This document shows positions 48,077 through 57,027 of a stretch of 64,000 nt of DNA, in pieces. The notes beneath the pieces are model-generated. The model was given only the letters and a program-made list of their open reading frames with translations, was not told the origin of the DNA and made no database searches. The stretch lies in assembly GCA_964468435.1 (NCBI GenBank), contig CAYXVE010000001.1:165020-229019 (forward strand), read 5' to 3'. The stretch's first letter is position 1. Each line of letters opens with the position of its first letter. The position numbers were made by a program, and so were the translations under genes. This DNA is from an uncultured Bacteroidia bacterium (GTDB lineage Bacteria; Bacteroidota; Bacteroidia; J057).

Positions 48077-49393
48077 GTGAAAAATAAGAAAGATATTGGT
48101 ATAAATGAATTCTATTCTGGGGATCCCTTAAAAGCAGATTGGGTCATATGGGGTAGAACATCCTCCGGGTATACTCGTAGGGGATTTTTACAGAAAGCAT
48201 CGCTAGCTATGATGAGTAGTGTACTGGGAGCTCATATTGTATTTGCAAAGCATATGCCTGCCGGGCTAATACCTGCAGGGCTAGGATTTTACAATGATCC
48301 CTTTCCCATCAAGGGAAAACACAAAGATCTTACGATCCTCAATGACCGGCCCTGGAATATAGAGACTCCTGCACATCTACTGGATGATCCAGTAACGCCT
48401 GCCAGTAACTTATTCATCAGAAATAACGGTATTCCACCAGAAAATGTTAACCCCAACACATGGGCACTCGAAATTGCAGGTGAATCTGCTTTGAGTCCTC
48501 GTACCTACACATTGTCAGAACTCAAAAATCGTTTTCGCAACTATACCTATCAACTGACGATAGAATGTGGAGGAAACGGCAGATCGGAATTTGATCCGCC
48601 GGCCAAAGGTAATCAATGGACTACGGGTGCGGTAGGATGTCCTGAATGGACGGGCGTAAGGTTGAAAGATGTACTGGAAGATGTGGGTATAAAACCGGAT
48701 GCCGTATATATCGGTTATTATGGAAAAGACACACATATATCGGGAGACCCTGAAAAGGTGGTTATTTCCCGGGGTGTACCCATGGCAAAGGCCTTGGAAG
48801 AGGAATCCCTGATTGCCTGGTCCATTAATGGTGAGGATCTGCCACTGATGAATGGTTATCCGCTGCGGTTGGTATTTGGAGGATGGCCTGCTTCTACATC
48901 CGGTAAATGGTTGTACAAAATAGAGATCAGAGATCAGGTACATGATGGACCTAAGATGGGAGGACAATCCTATCGTGTTCCCTGTAAACCTGTGGCCCCG
49001 GGTACAGAAGTGCCTGATGAAGATATGTGTATCATTGAGTCTATGCCTGTAAAGTCATTGGTGACTTATCCTAGAACGGGAGGGATACTGCGCGGGCAGC
49101 GCACCCTGGAAGTCAGCGGGAAGGCCTGGGTCGGAAATATGGAAGTATCTCAGGTGGAAGTTTCTACAGATTTTGGAGCATCCTGGATTCCCGCAAGGCT
49201 GGAGGCTCCACCTAACAGGTTTGCCTGGCAACTCTGGAACGGCGAAGTATCTTTTCCGCAGGAAGGATATTACGAAATATGGGCCAGGGCAACGGATAGT
49301 GAGGGCAAGATGCAACCTATGCTACTTCCTGGATGGAATCCCAGAGGATATTTAAATAATGCTTGCCACCGCATAGCAGTAAAAGTTTTGTAA
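48077..49393 (+). CDS. Sulfite-oxidase-family molybdopterin oxidoreductase (SorA-like), Tat-exported
   Basis: It has a twin-arginine signal (YTRRGFLQKASLAMMSSVLGAHIVFA), the molybdopterin-binding Cys context (LTIECGGNGR) and a C-terminal Ig-like dimerisation domain. The start is uncertain. GTG 48077 is chosen here. The ATG at 48002 and TTG at 47999 would overlap the divergent moaA start. Confidence 0.72.
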   Translation: MKNKKDIGINEFYSGDPLKADWVIWGRTSSGYTRRGFLQKASLAMMSSVLGAHIVFAKHMPAGLIPAGLGFYNDPFPIKGKHKDLTILNDRPWNIETPAHLLDDPVTPASNLFIRNNGIPPENVNPNTWALEIAGESALSPRTYTLSELKNRFRNYTYQLTIECGGNGRSEFDPPAKGNQWTTGAVGCPEWTGVRLKDVLEDVGIKPDAVYIGYYGKDTHISGDPEKVVISRGVPMAKALEEESLIAWSINGEDLPLMNGYPLRLVFGGWPASTSGKWLYKIEIRDQVHDGPKMGGQSYRVPCKPVAPGTEVPDEDMCIIESMPVKSLVTYPRTGGILRGQRTLEVSGKAWVGNMEVSQVEVSTDFGASWIPARLEAPPNRFAWQLWNGEVSFPQEGYYEIWARATDSEGKMQPMLLPGWNPRGYLNNACHRIAVKVL

Positions 49394-49406
49394 GCGTAAT
49401 AATCAT

Positions 49407-49898
49407 ATGGATAATCAGGAAAATACTAAGCTCATACCTCTGCTCGTCAGCAGCCTAATATTGCTAGCTGTAACGATGGGAGTTGGAATATTGTTGATCG
49501 TCATGCTGAGTCGCCCGGATCTGTTTGAGGAAAAAAAGCCGTTTGAAGGCGAAGCGAAATCTGCGTCTTCAACAATGGCCAGGCCTGTTTCAAATACAGT
49601 AGAGCCTGTAGAAATCGAAAATGGTATAGATGTATCCACAGGGTTTGTTGCTGAGGGAGATTTTATGCTGGTACGTTCCACCTGTACGGCATGCCATTCG
49701 GCCAAACTCGTATTACAAAACCGTGCAACCCGGGAGGGATGGAAAGAGATGATCGTCTGGATGCAAGAAACCCAGAAGCTATGGGATCTGGGAGAAAATG
49801 AAGACAAGATATTAGATTACCTGGCAACACATTATGGTCCCGTGAAAAAGGGAAGAAGGTCTCCTGTAAAAGTAAATAGCTGGTATGAAATTCAGTAG
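49407..49898 (+). CDS. Membrane-anchored monoheme cytochrome c (SorB-like partner of the molybdoenzyme)
   Basis: 163 aa with an N-terminal TM helix and a single CxxCH site (CTACH). It lies 13 nt downstream of the SorA-like gene. Confidence 0.65.
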   Translation: MDNQENTKLIPLLVSSLILLAVTMGVGILLIVMLSRPDLFEEKKPFEGEAKSASSTMARPVSNTVEPVEIENGIDVSTGFVAEGDFMLVRSTCTACHSAKLVLQNRATREGWKEMIVWMQETQKLWDLGENEDKILDYLATHYGPVKKGRRSPVKVNSWYEIQ

Positions 49899-50735
49899 CT
49901 AAATCTTGCGAATGACTTCGGCAATCTCTTCCATCAGCCACATAGGAGTGGATGTTGCGCCACAGACTCCCACAGTTTCCACACCTTCAAACCAATCGTT
50001 GTTCAGTTCTTCAATTCCAGATACGAAGTAACTGTTGGGATTGATTTCCTTGCAAGCGCCATAGAGCGCACGGCCATTGGAGCTTTTCTTACCCGATACA
50101 AATATGATGACATCATGCATAGCGGAGAATTTTTCGAGTTCAGGCTCTCTGTTGCTCACTTGTCTACATATCGTATCATTGAACTTCAGGTCATCGCATT
50201 TGTCTTTCATCACCTGGTGTACCTCATGAAGTAGCTTGGTACTTTTGGTCGTCTGGCTGTATAGGGATACAGGTCTGTCTAGCTCCAGTTGCTCTGCCTC
50301 TTCTACCGAAGAAACTACAATCGCTTCTTTATTGGTTTGGCCTATCAGGCCATTGACTTCTGCATGCCCGGGTTTGCCGAGAATGACGATCTGGCGATCG
50401 TCATCAAAGGCCTGACGTACTCTATTTTGCAGTTTGAGAACTACAGGACAGGAAGCATCGACTAAGTTTAGATCGTTTTCCAAGGCGATCTTATAGGTTT
50501 CTGGTGGTTCACCATGAGCCCTGATCAGTACAGTTTCTCCCTGGAGATTTTTTAGCTCGTCATGAGAAATAATTTTTAGTCCCAGTTTTTCCAAGCGTTC
50601 TACTTCTTTGTCATTGTGAACGATATCCCCCAGGCAATATAGTGATCCATGCTCTATGAGGAAATCCTCTGCCATTTCGATGGCATAAACAACACCAAAG
50701 CAAAAACCGGAATTTTGATCTATGGTTACATTCAT
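49899..50735 (-). CDS. ispH: 4-hydroxy-3-methylbut-2-enyl diphosphate reductase
   Basis: 278 aa. It has GFCFGVVYAI at the N-terminus and three conserved Cys contexts. LytB/IspH length. Confidence 0.9.
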   Translation of the reverse strand: MNVTIDQNSGFCFGVVYAIEMAEDFLIEHGSLYCLGDIVHNDKEVERLEKLGLKIISHDELKNLQGETVLIRAHGEPPETYKIALENDLNLVDASCPVVLKLQNRVRQAFDDDRQIVILGKPGHAEVNGLIGQTNKEAIVVSSVEEAEQLELDRPVSLYSQTTKSTKLLHEVHQVMKDKCDDLKFNDTICRQVSNREPELEKFSAMHDVIIFVSGKKSSNGRALYGACKEINPNSYFVSGIEELNNDWFEGVETVGVCGATSTPMWLMEEIAEVIRKI

Positions 50736-50780
50736 AACTGTTGCCTATATGTTTAATCAATTTATGATGATGTAAATCAA

Positions 50781-51476
50781 TCAGCTTAACTCACGAATGC
50801 GAGCGTTCGCCAGTTTGCAGACACGTTCTACCTGTTGTTCGATTGATAAGTCTGTAGTATCTATAACTATTGCGTCAGCTGCTTGTTTGAGAGGGCTAAT
50901 CTCCCGGGTTGAATCAGTATAGTCGCGTTGCTTCAAATTGCTTTCTACTTCATCCAGGCTTACCTTTATACCTCTCCCTGCTAGCTCTTGCTTCCTGCGG
51001 TTGGCCCTTGTTTCCAATCCTGCGACCATAAACACTTTCAATTCTGCATCTGGAAAGACTACAGTGCCAATATCCCTACCATCCATAACAATACCTTTTT
51101 GTAGTCCCATGCGTTGTTGCTGACGTACCATTTCTTCTCTCACGGGTCTGAGTGTGCTTACCTGACTGACCATAGCAGATACATCTGGTGTGCGGATAGC
51201 CTGTTCTACATTGATATCATTCAGATAGGTGTCAGATTGTTGATGGTGAGCACTGGGACGAAACTCAATAGTCAGATTGCTTAGTACTTCATTAATCCGT
51301 TTTAGATTGCTGTTGACAGGAATGTGTTGTTGCAGAAGATAGAGTGTCACAGCGCGATACATTGCACCTGAATCAATATAGGTGTAATTGAGTCTTTGTG
51401 CTACCATGCGAGCTGTTGTGCTTTTACCACAACTGGCATATCCATCTATTGCTATGATAATTTTACCCAAGATCAT
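50781..51476 (-). CDS. cmk: Cytidylate kinase
   Basis: P-loop IIIAIDGYASCGKST, then YIDSGAMYRA and GRDIGTVVFP. The ATG at 51476 is preferred to the longer ORF (51512). Confidence 0.9.
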   Translation of the reverse strand: MILGKIIIAIDGYASCGKSTTARMVAQRLNYTYIDSGAMYRAVTLYLLQQHIPVNSNLKRINEVLSNLTIEFRPSAHHQQSDTYLNDINVEQAIRTPDVSAMVSQVSTLRPVREEMVRQQQRMGLQKGIVMDGRDIGTVVFPDAELKVFMVAGLETRANRRKQELAGRGIKVSLDEVESNLKQRDYTDSTREISPLKQAADAIVIDTTDLSIEQQVERVCKLANARIRELS

Positions 51477-51546
51477 ATCATATTTCAAATACAAAACAAC
51501 CGCTAAATTCATAAAATCGCAAGCATTTATTTTCTAACTTAGCCCT

Positions 51547-52485
51547 ATGAAGTACTCTGTCATTATTGGATGTGTACTATGGTTGTGTGTCTCATGTGAT
51601 CGCAATTCAACAAAACGTGCATTGGTCGAAAGGGCTCCGTTGATCTCTACAACCTACACGGATGATCTCGATAGGACCATCGTGCTCCAGACTGTTCCGA
51701 AACGTGTGGTATCGATAGCCCCCAACATTACTGAGATCATCTTTGCCCTAGGTGCAGAAGACCGGTTGATAGCGCGATCCCAGGCATGCGACTATCCACT
51801 GGCAGCGGAAGAAATTCCTGAAGTCACGACTTACCCACAACTGGATCTTGAATATTTGTCAGGACTTAACGCAGATCTGGTTTTTTCTACAGATGAAATA
51901 TTTACAGGAGATGATATAGCACTTCTGGAGGAAGTCCAGATTCCAGTATATATACAGTCTTATCGAAATCTTGATGAAGTCTACCAAGGGATCCAGAAAC
52001 TAGGGGAGATTCTGGGAAAGGACTCTGCAGCTATTCATCTGGCTGATTCACTTGAGCGGGTCGAACAGATTATCGTTTCCAGGACTGAAAATTTGCCCCG
52101 ATACAATACCATGATACTGATCAGTGCAGATCCACTTAAAGTGGTAGGTGGAGCAGGATTTCTCAATGAACTTATCTATAAAGCTGGAGGTAAAAACATC
52201 TTTGCAGATAAGGAGCAGGCATATCCCACGACCACCCTAGAGGAAATTATGTACAGAAATCCTGAGTTCATCATTTTTCCAGCGGAAGATCCCGGGACCT
52301 TACAGGCTGTACTATCCCAGTATCCAGCTCTAACAAGGACCCCTGCATATGCCTCCAAGCAGGTATTTACCATTTCACCTGACTGGATGTACCGGCCTGG
52401 TCCAAGGATGATTAGGGGATTATTAGAACTTACACATATATTGCACGCTTCTCTTACACCGGATAATATTCTTCAAGATGAATAG
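51547..52485 (+). CDS. ABC-transporter periplasmic substrate-binding lipoprotein (BtuF / Fe-siderophore cluster A type)
   Basis: 312 aa with a lipoprotein signal (VLWLCVSC). The pattern RVVSIAPNITEIIFALGAEDRLI is typical of the PBP type-2 BtuF/FecB family. Confidence 0.72.
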   Translation: MKYSVIIGCVLWLCVSCDRNSTKRALVERAPLISTTYTDDLDRTIVLQTVPKRVVSIAPNITEIIFALGAEDRLIARSQACDYPLAAEEIPEVTTYPQLDLEYLSGLNADLVFSTDEIFTGDDIALLEEVQIPVYIQSYRNLDEVYQGIQKLGEILGKDSAAIHLADSLERVEQIIVSRTENLPRYNTMILISADPLKVVGGAGFLNELIYKAGGKNIFADKEQAYPTTTLEEIMYRNPEFIIFPAEDPGTLQAVLSQYPALTRTPAYASKQVFTISPDWMYRPGPRMIRGLLELTHILHASLTPDNILQDE

Positions 52486-53482
52486 ACGCTCCTTGCTTTG
52501 GGGTGGGGGCTTGTTGCTGGGATGCATCTTATCTATGATAGCTAGTCTGAAGACAGGTCCTTTTGATATTTCCTATCTGGAAATCCGGGATTTTTTATCC
52601 GGGAGAACGGTTCCTCACGCTGACATACTTTATATTTTCCGTTTACCCAGGACGCTGATCGCTTTGGCAGCAGGTGCTATCCTTACGTTGAGTGGTTTTT
52701 ATATGCAAGTACTGATCCGCAACCCGCTTGCAGATCCCTACATTATGGGGGTTACAGCTGGAGCAGGTTTGGGAGTTAACCTGCTTATGCTAAATATCGT
52801 TACCATTCCTGTCATTACTACTTTGACTTATCCATTGTTTGCAGGGCTAGGTGGATTGGCAAGTTTGCTCCTTGTCTTAATGATAGGAGCCAGAGGCTTA
52901 AGTGATGACAATAGCAAATTATTGATTGCTGGGGTGGCTGTATCTTCTATTTGCACAGCCTTGATAGGATTGATGATCTACCTGTATGCTGACTCGGATC
53001 AGGTTCGCAGGGTGGTATTCTGGACCTTTGGGAGCTTGTCAAGAGCTCAGAAGTGGGAGGCTGTTTGGGTAGGTGGAGCTATGTGGATCGTATCGTTGGC
53101 ATTTGGCTGGTTTTATGGTACACATCTGGACATCCTATCACTCGGTGATGAGCAAGCTCAGCACCTGGGTATGCGAGTATTAAACATGAAGCTGATTATC
53201 CTGGTGATCGCTACTGTTAGTGTAGGAGGTATTGTAGCTTTCACTGGTCCCATAGGTTTTGTGGGGATGATGATCCCTCACTTTTCAAGAAGTTTGCTGG
53301 GCAGCATACACCGCAATAATTTACTGATTGCATCATTGCTGGGTGCTATGTATCTCAATACCTGTGATGTATTATCTAGGTGGATTTTACCACCGGCAGG
53401 AGTACCCATTGGCATTATTACAGCGCTGCTGGGAGTGCCTTTTTTTCTACATATATTATTTTCCGATAAAAGATATTTTTAA
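52478..53482 (+). CDS. FecCD/BtuC-family ABC transporter permease
   Basis: 334 aa with about 9-10 TM segments and a typical FecCD C-terminus (GVPIGIITALLGVPFFLHIL). An 8-nt overlap with the binding-protein gene suggests an operon. Confidence 0.8.
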   Translation: MNRRSLLWGGGLLLGCILSMIASLKTGPFDISYLEIRDFLSGRTVPHADILYIFRLPRTLIALAAGAILTLSGFYMQVLIRNPLADPYIMGVTAGAGLGVNLLMLNIVTIPVITTLTYPLFAGLGGLASLLLVLMIGARGLSDDNSKLLIAGVAVSSICTALIGLMIYLYADSDQVRRVVFWTFGSLSRAQKWEAVWVGGAMWIVSLAFGWFYGTHLDILSLGDEQAQHLGMRVLNMKLIILVIATVSVGGIVAFTGPIGFVGMMIPHFSRSLLGSIHRNNLLIASLLGAMYLNTCDVLSRWILPPAGVPIGIITALLGVPFFLHILFSDKRYF

Positions 53483-53572
53483 TTGTAAAAATATTTATAA
53501 TATTGTATAATTAAGCTAAAACATGCTTGAATATCTTTTCAAAATTCATGCAAATATCTCATAATCAATTAC

Positions 53573-53580
53573 TATCTTTG
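53573..53580 (+). promoter_or_regulatory. Candidate -7 promoter box (TAnnTTTG) upstream of the thpR leader
   Basis: TATCTTTG is a perfect consensus match. It lies about 40 nt upstream of the terminator hairpin and 80 nt upstream of the thpR ATG. Confidence 0.35.
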
Positions 53581-53618
53581 CATAGATGTGCAGCTAATTT
53601 ATCTATAGGTACTTTACT

Positions 53619-53650
53619 AAGCCACTATCTCCCCGATAGTGGCTTTTTTT
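53619..53650 (+). terminator. Rho-independent terminator (end of the ABC operon and/or leader attenuator of thpR)
   Basis: aagccactatc / gatagtggctt form a perfect 11-bp stem with a 5-nt loop, followed by a T-run. It ends 10 nt before the thpR ATG. Confidence 0.7.
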
Positions 53651-53660
53651 ATCATTTTTT

Positions 53661-54227
53661 ATGAACATATCGAATAAACTTCAAGGCAATAGATTATTTA
53701 TTGGAATAGAAATACCAGACTCATTAAAACAAGAGATTGATGCCTTTAGAAAAAAGCACAAGAGACTTCGAGGTATAGAATGGGTTAAGCTGGAAAATCT
53801 GCATATCACAGTTAGTTTCTTTGGAAAAGTACCAATTGAGATGGTTCCCAACTTATTGGAAATGATTAGGGTTGCTTTGTTAAAGATAGATCCATTTGAG
53901 TTAAATATTGATGGCTATGCATTGGGCCCCAACACGAGAAATGTCCGTATGATATGGGTTAAATGGAAAAAAGATCCGATTTTTAAAGACTTAAGCCAAC
54001 ATATTCACCAATTGTACCGACAGATTGATCCCTCTCACCAACAACGAAAAAGCCCCGTACCGCATACAACTATAGCGCGACTCAAAGGGTTTGAAAAACT
54101 TGATGAGTTGGAACTGCAATCCACGCTTCATACATCACATATACACGTGGACCGTTTGATCGTTTGGAATGCTATACTTAGTGAAGAAGGACTAGTTTAC
54201 CTTCCTGTAACAGCGTACACATTATGA
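53661..54227 (+). CDS. thpR: RNA 2',3'-cyclic phosphodiesterase (2H phosphoesterase, LigT/ThpR family)
   Basis: 188 aa with the two H-x-T/S motifs (LHITVSF and PHTTIAR) at the expected spacing. Confidence 0.8.
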   Translation: MNISNKLQGNRLFIGIEIPDSLKQEIDAFRKKHKRLRGIEWVKLENLHITVSFFGKVPIEMVPNLLEMIRVALLKIDPFELNIDGYALGPNTRNVRMIWVKWKKDPIFKDLSQHIHQLYRQIDPSHQQRKSPVPHTTIARLKGFEKLDELELQSTLHTSHIHVDRLIVWNAILSEEGLVYLPVTAYTL

Positions 54228-54233
54228 TCATAT

Positions 54234-54434
54234 TCAGGGTAAATTTGTAATAGAAGAAATATGGTTTCTAAAATAGGTAAGGGATCTGCTAGTATTAGCA
54301 TTGAACTTTAAATTTGGAAATTCATCCATCAGTTTCTGAACTTCAATCTCTGAGAGCGAGCGGCTTTTTTGAGTTTTCTTGTTATGAACAGCCCATTCTT
54401 TTAAATATTTTCTGATATAATACATAACGAACAA
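54234..54434 (-). CDS. Hypothetical small basic protein (66 aa), uncertain
   Basis: The only support is the ORF with an ATG start and lysine-rich composition. It borders a 320-bp AT-rich non-coding stretch. No family recognised. Confidence 0.3.
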   Translation of the reverse strand: MFVMYYIRKYLKEWAVHNKKTQKSRSLSEIEVQKLMDEFPNLKFNANTSRSLTYFRNHISSITNLP

Positions 54435-54757
54435 TTAAAGTATACACAAAGGAATAAGTCAACAAGAGTAGATGATATTATTTATTTATATGCAATATAT
54501 TAAAAATGAATTATAAATTCATAGTAATATCTAAATATTAATTTCGATATTGTTTATCGGGATACTACAGTTGTGATTAAATAAGCATTTAAAAAGTTAT
54601 AGAAATAGGTTGAGCTAACTAATTATTGAATTTGACTTTGCGTTACGATATTTCTAACAATATAGTTGCACAAATTTTCTCAGTCCTTATATCATTAACT
54701 GGTACTGATCGGTATGGTTTACGGGCTGCATCGCGATATTCTTCCCCAATAAATAGA

Positions 54758-55663
54758 TTATCTGGGTATTCGTATGACATAAGTTTTCCCTTTCTTAACG
54801 GGAAGAGAGTAGTCTATACTAGTAATCCAGGGGTTGTATAGCTTGATATACTTGTAAGTCGTATTGTATTCCTTTGCCCATGTGGGTAAATCTGATATGG
54901 TTTCCGAGACAGTTATTTCCCGATACTTCCATAGATCGTATAATTCACTTTCGGGTATCTGGAATTTGTATTGTCCAGGATTTTCAAGTATGATTTTATA
55001 AGCTAGAATTTTAAAAATATATCGATAGGTTTGTTCGTGTAAATAGAGATCGTAATAGGAATCGACCATTTGAGATTCCAGGGCACTAGCCAATCCAGCG
55101 ATGCCGCGATTGTAAGCTGCTGCCACAAGGGTCCAGTTTGCAAATCTACCGTAAGATTGTTTCAGGTATTTACAAGCTGCATAGGTAGAACTGAAAGGAT
55201 CCCTGCGTTCATCTACATAGGTATTTACCTCAAGCCCCATTTCTTTAGCTGTAGCTTCCATCAGTTGCCACATGCCTACTGCCTGCCGGTAGGATTCGGC
55301 ATCGTTGTCGAGGTTGCTTTCAGCCACAGCTACATAGAAAAAATCCGCCGGAATGCCTTCGGCCCGAAGGGTCTTAAGGATATCATTCTTCCATCGGTGT
55401 GCCCGTTTGAGCACCAGTAGCGTAGAAGCGTGATAATAAGCCAGGGCATTAATTTCACGGTCCAGACGCTCTGCAATTTCGGGATCAGATAAGGGGACTT
55501 CTTCTCCGCAGAACGATAGATTCGATGGAATGGGGAAATTTACGATGTTTGGGGATTGCCTTGGATGATCATTGTGATTCTGAGGGTCTGATTGTTGCGC
55601 GGGAAGACAACTTTGGAACATAATGAAGCAAATGAGGGCCTGGGCAAACAGTGAGATGCGCAT
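54758..55663 (-). CDS. Lytic murein transglycosylase (SLT domain, MltD-like) lipoprotein
   Basis: SLT catalytic region VAVAESNLDNDAESYRQAVGMWQLMEATAKEMGL. The ATG at 55663 gives a lipoprotein signal (MRISLFAQALICFIMFQSC). Confidence 0.75.
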   Translation of the reverse strand: MRISLFAQALICFIMFQSCLPAQQSDPQNHNDHPRQSPNIVNFPIPSNLSFCGEEVPLSDPEIAERLDREINALAYYHASTLLVLKRAHRWKNDILKTLRAEGIPADFFYVAVAESNLDNDAESYRQAVGMWQLMEATAKEMGLEVNTYVDERRDPFSSTYAACKYLKQSYGRFANWTLVAAAYNRGIAGLASALESQMVDSYYDLYLHEQTYRYIFKILAYKIILENPGQYKFQIPESELYDLWKYREITVSETISDLPTWAKEYNTTYKYIKLYNPWITSIDYSLPVKKGKTYVIRIPR

Positions 55664-55832
55664 ATAGTAAGGATGAGATGCAATATTAATTGAACATACG
55701 AATATTTGAAGTTCGTTGTTAGCCAATATCTTGCAAAACACATATTTCCGGTGTAGTGTGTATATTCGTTTGAATGGTATCTAATCAAGGTTGTAAAAGG
55801 TTCGTGATTGATCAAGTCAATAGATAACTAAC

Positions 55833-56957
55833 ATGTATATTTTAATTTCGCCTGACAAATTTAAGGGTTCCCTTACAGCGAGCGAAGTAAGTAATGCAAT
55901 CCTAGAGGGGTGGAAGTTGAGTATGCCAGAAGTGCAGGCGAGTATACTGCCGCTTGCTGATGGTGGAGAGGGTACCCTCAAAGTGCTTACGCACCATTTA
56001 GGAGGAGATTTTGTCAATGTGTGGGTATATGATCCTCTGTTTCGTTGGACGCAAGCTAGTTATGGATACGACGAAGCCACGCATACTGCCTTCATGGAGA
56101 TGGCACAGGCATCTGGACTGGACAAGCTATCTGAGATGGAGCGAAACTGCTATGTTACCAGTAGCTACGGTACAGGGCAGATGATACTAGATGCCCTGCA
56201 AAGGGGAGCAAAGAAGATAATCATTGGAATAGGTGGCAGTGCTACCTGCGATGGGGGTATCGGAATGGCTGCGGCTTTAGGATATCGATTCCTAGATCAG
56301 GATGGTGCAGATTTATTGCCCATCGGAAAATCAATGATTGACATAGCAGAGATTGCTGCTCCTGATGTAATGAGATCATTGGAAGTGGTTGTATTGTCAG
56401 ATGTTGACAATCTATTGTATGGAAAAGATGGAGCAGCCTATGTATATGGACTTCAGAAAGGTGCTCGGGAAGAGGAAATTAGCCAACTAGATCGGGGACT
56501 ATTTCATCTGGCATCAGTAATGAAACGGGATTTGAAAGTAGCAGTAGATACATTGTCAGGAGGTGGTGCTTCGGGAGGATTGGGAGCAGGACTATTTGGA
56601 TTTCTGGGGGCGTGGATTGAGCCAGGTGCGGCATGGATAGCCCGGGAAATGAATCTGGAGGACTGGGTAGAAAACTGTGATATTGTTATAACTGGAGAGG
56701 GCAAAATTGACAGGCAAACTCTTCATGGAAAGGTGGTGGGAAATCTGGCCCAGCTCGCTAAAATATATGGCAAACCCGTCATTGCTTTCTGTGGTACTGC
56801 TGAACTGGACATCAAACTGCAACAAAAAATGGGGCTGACTTATGTACAATCCATTATAGATAGACCTATGTCGCTGGCAGATGCAACAGCACAAGCATAT
56901 CAGTTACTTAGGACTGCAGCTTTCAATGTAGCAAATATACTGTCAAAGCAATTCTAA
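55833..56957 (+). CDS. glxK: Glycerate kinase
   Basis: 374 aa. It has MYILISPDKFKGSLTA at the N-terminus, then PLADGGEGT and ITGEGKIDRQTLHGK. Confidence 0.85.
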   Translation: MYILISPDKFKGSLTASEVSNAILEGWKLSMPEVQASILPLADGGEGTLKVLTHHLGGDFVNVWVYDPLFRWTQASYGYDEATHTAFMEMAQASGLDKLSEMERNCYVTSSYGTGQMILDALQRGAKKIIIGIGGSATCDGGIGMAAALGYRFLDQDGADLLPIGKSMIDIAEIAAPDVMRSLEVVVLSDVDNLLYGKDGAAYVYGLQKGAREEEISQLDRGLFHLASVMKRDLKVAVDTLSGGGASGGLGAGLFGFLGAWIEPGAAWIAREMNLEDWVENCDIVITGEGKIDRQTLHGKVVGNLAQLAKIYGKPVIAFCGTAELDIKLQQKMGLTYVQSIIDRPMSLADATAQAYQLLRTAAFNVANILSKQF

Positions 56958-57000
56958 CAACTCTTGTACTATTTAGTTGATTATATCAACGGAAAATACA

Positions 57001-57008
57001 TACTTTTG
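57001..57008 (+). promoter_or_regulatory. Candidate -7 promoter box (TAnnTTTG) for the lipoprotein-SCO1-cytochrome c operon
   Basis: TACTTTTG is a perfect consensus match 20 nt upstream of the ATG at 57028. A TTG (56977-56979) lies 21 nt upstream of it, in -33-like position. Confidence 0.45.
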
Positions 57009-57027
57009 TCCAAAATATGGATCCAAA

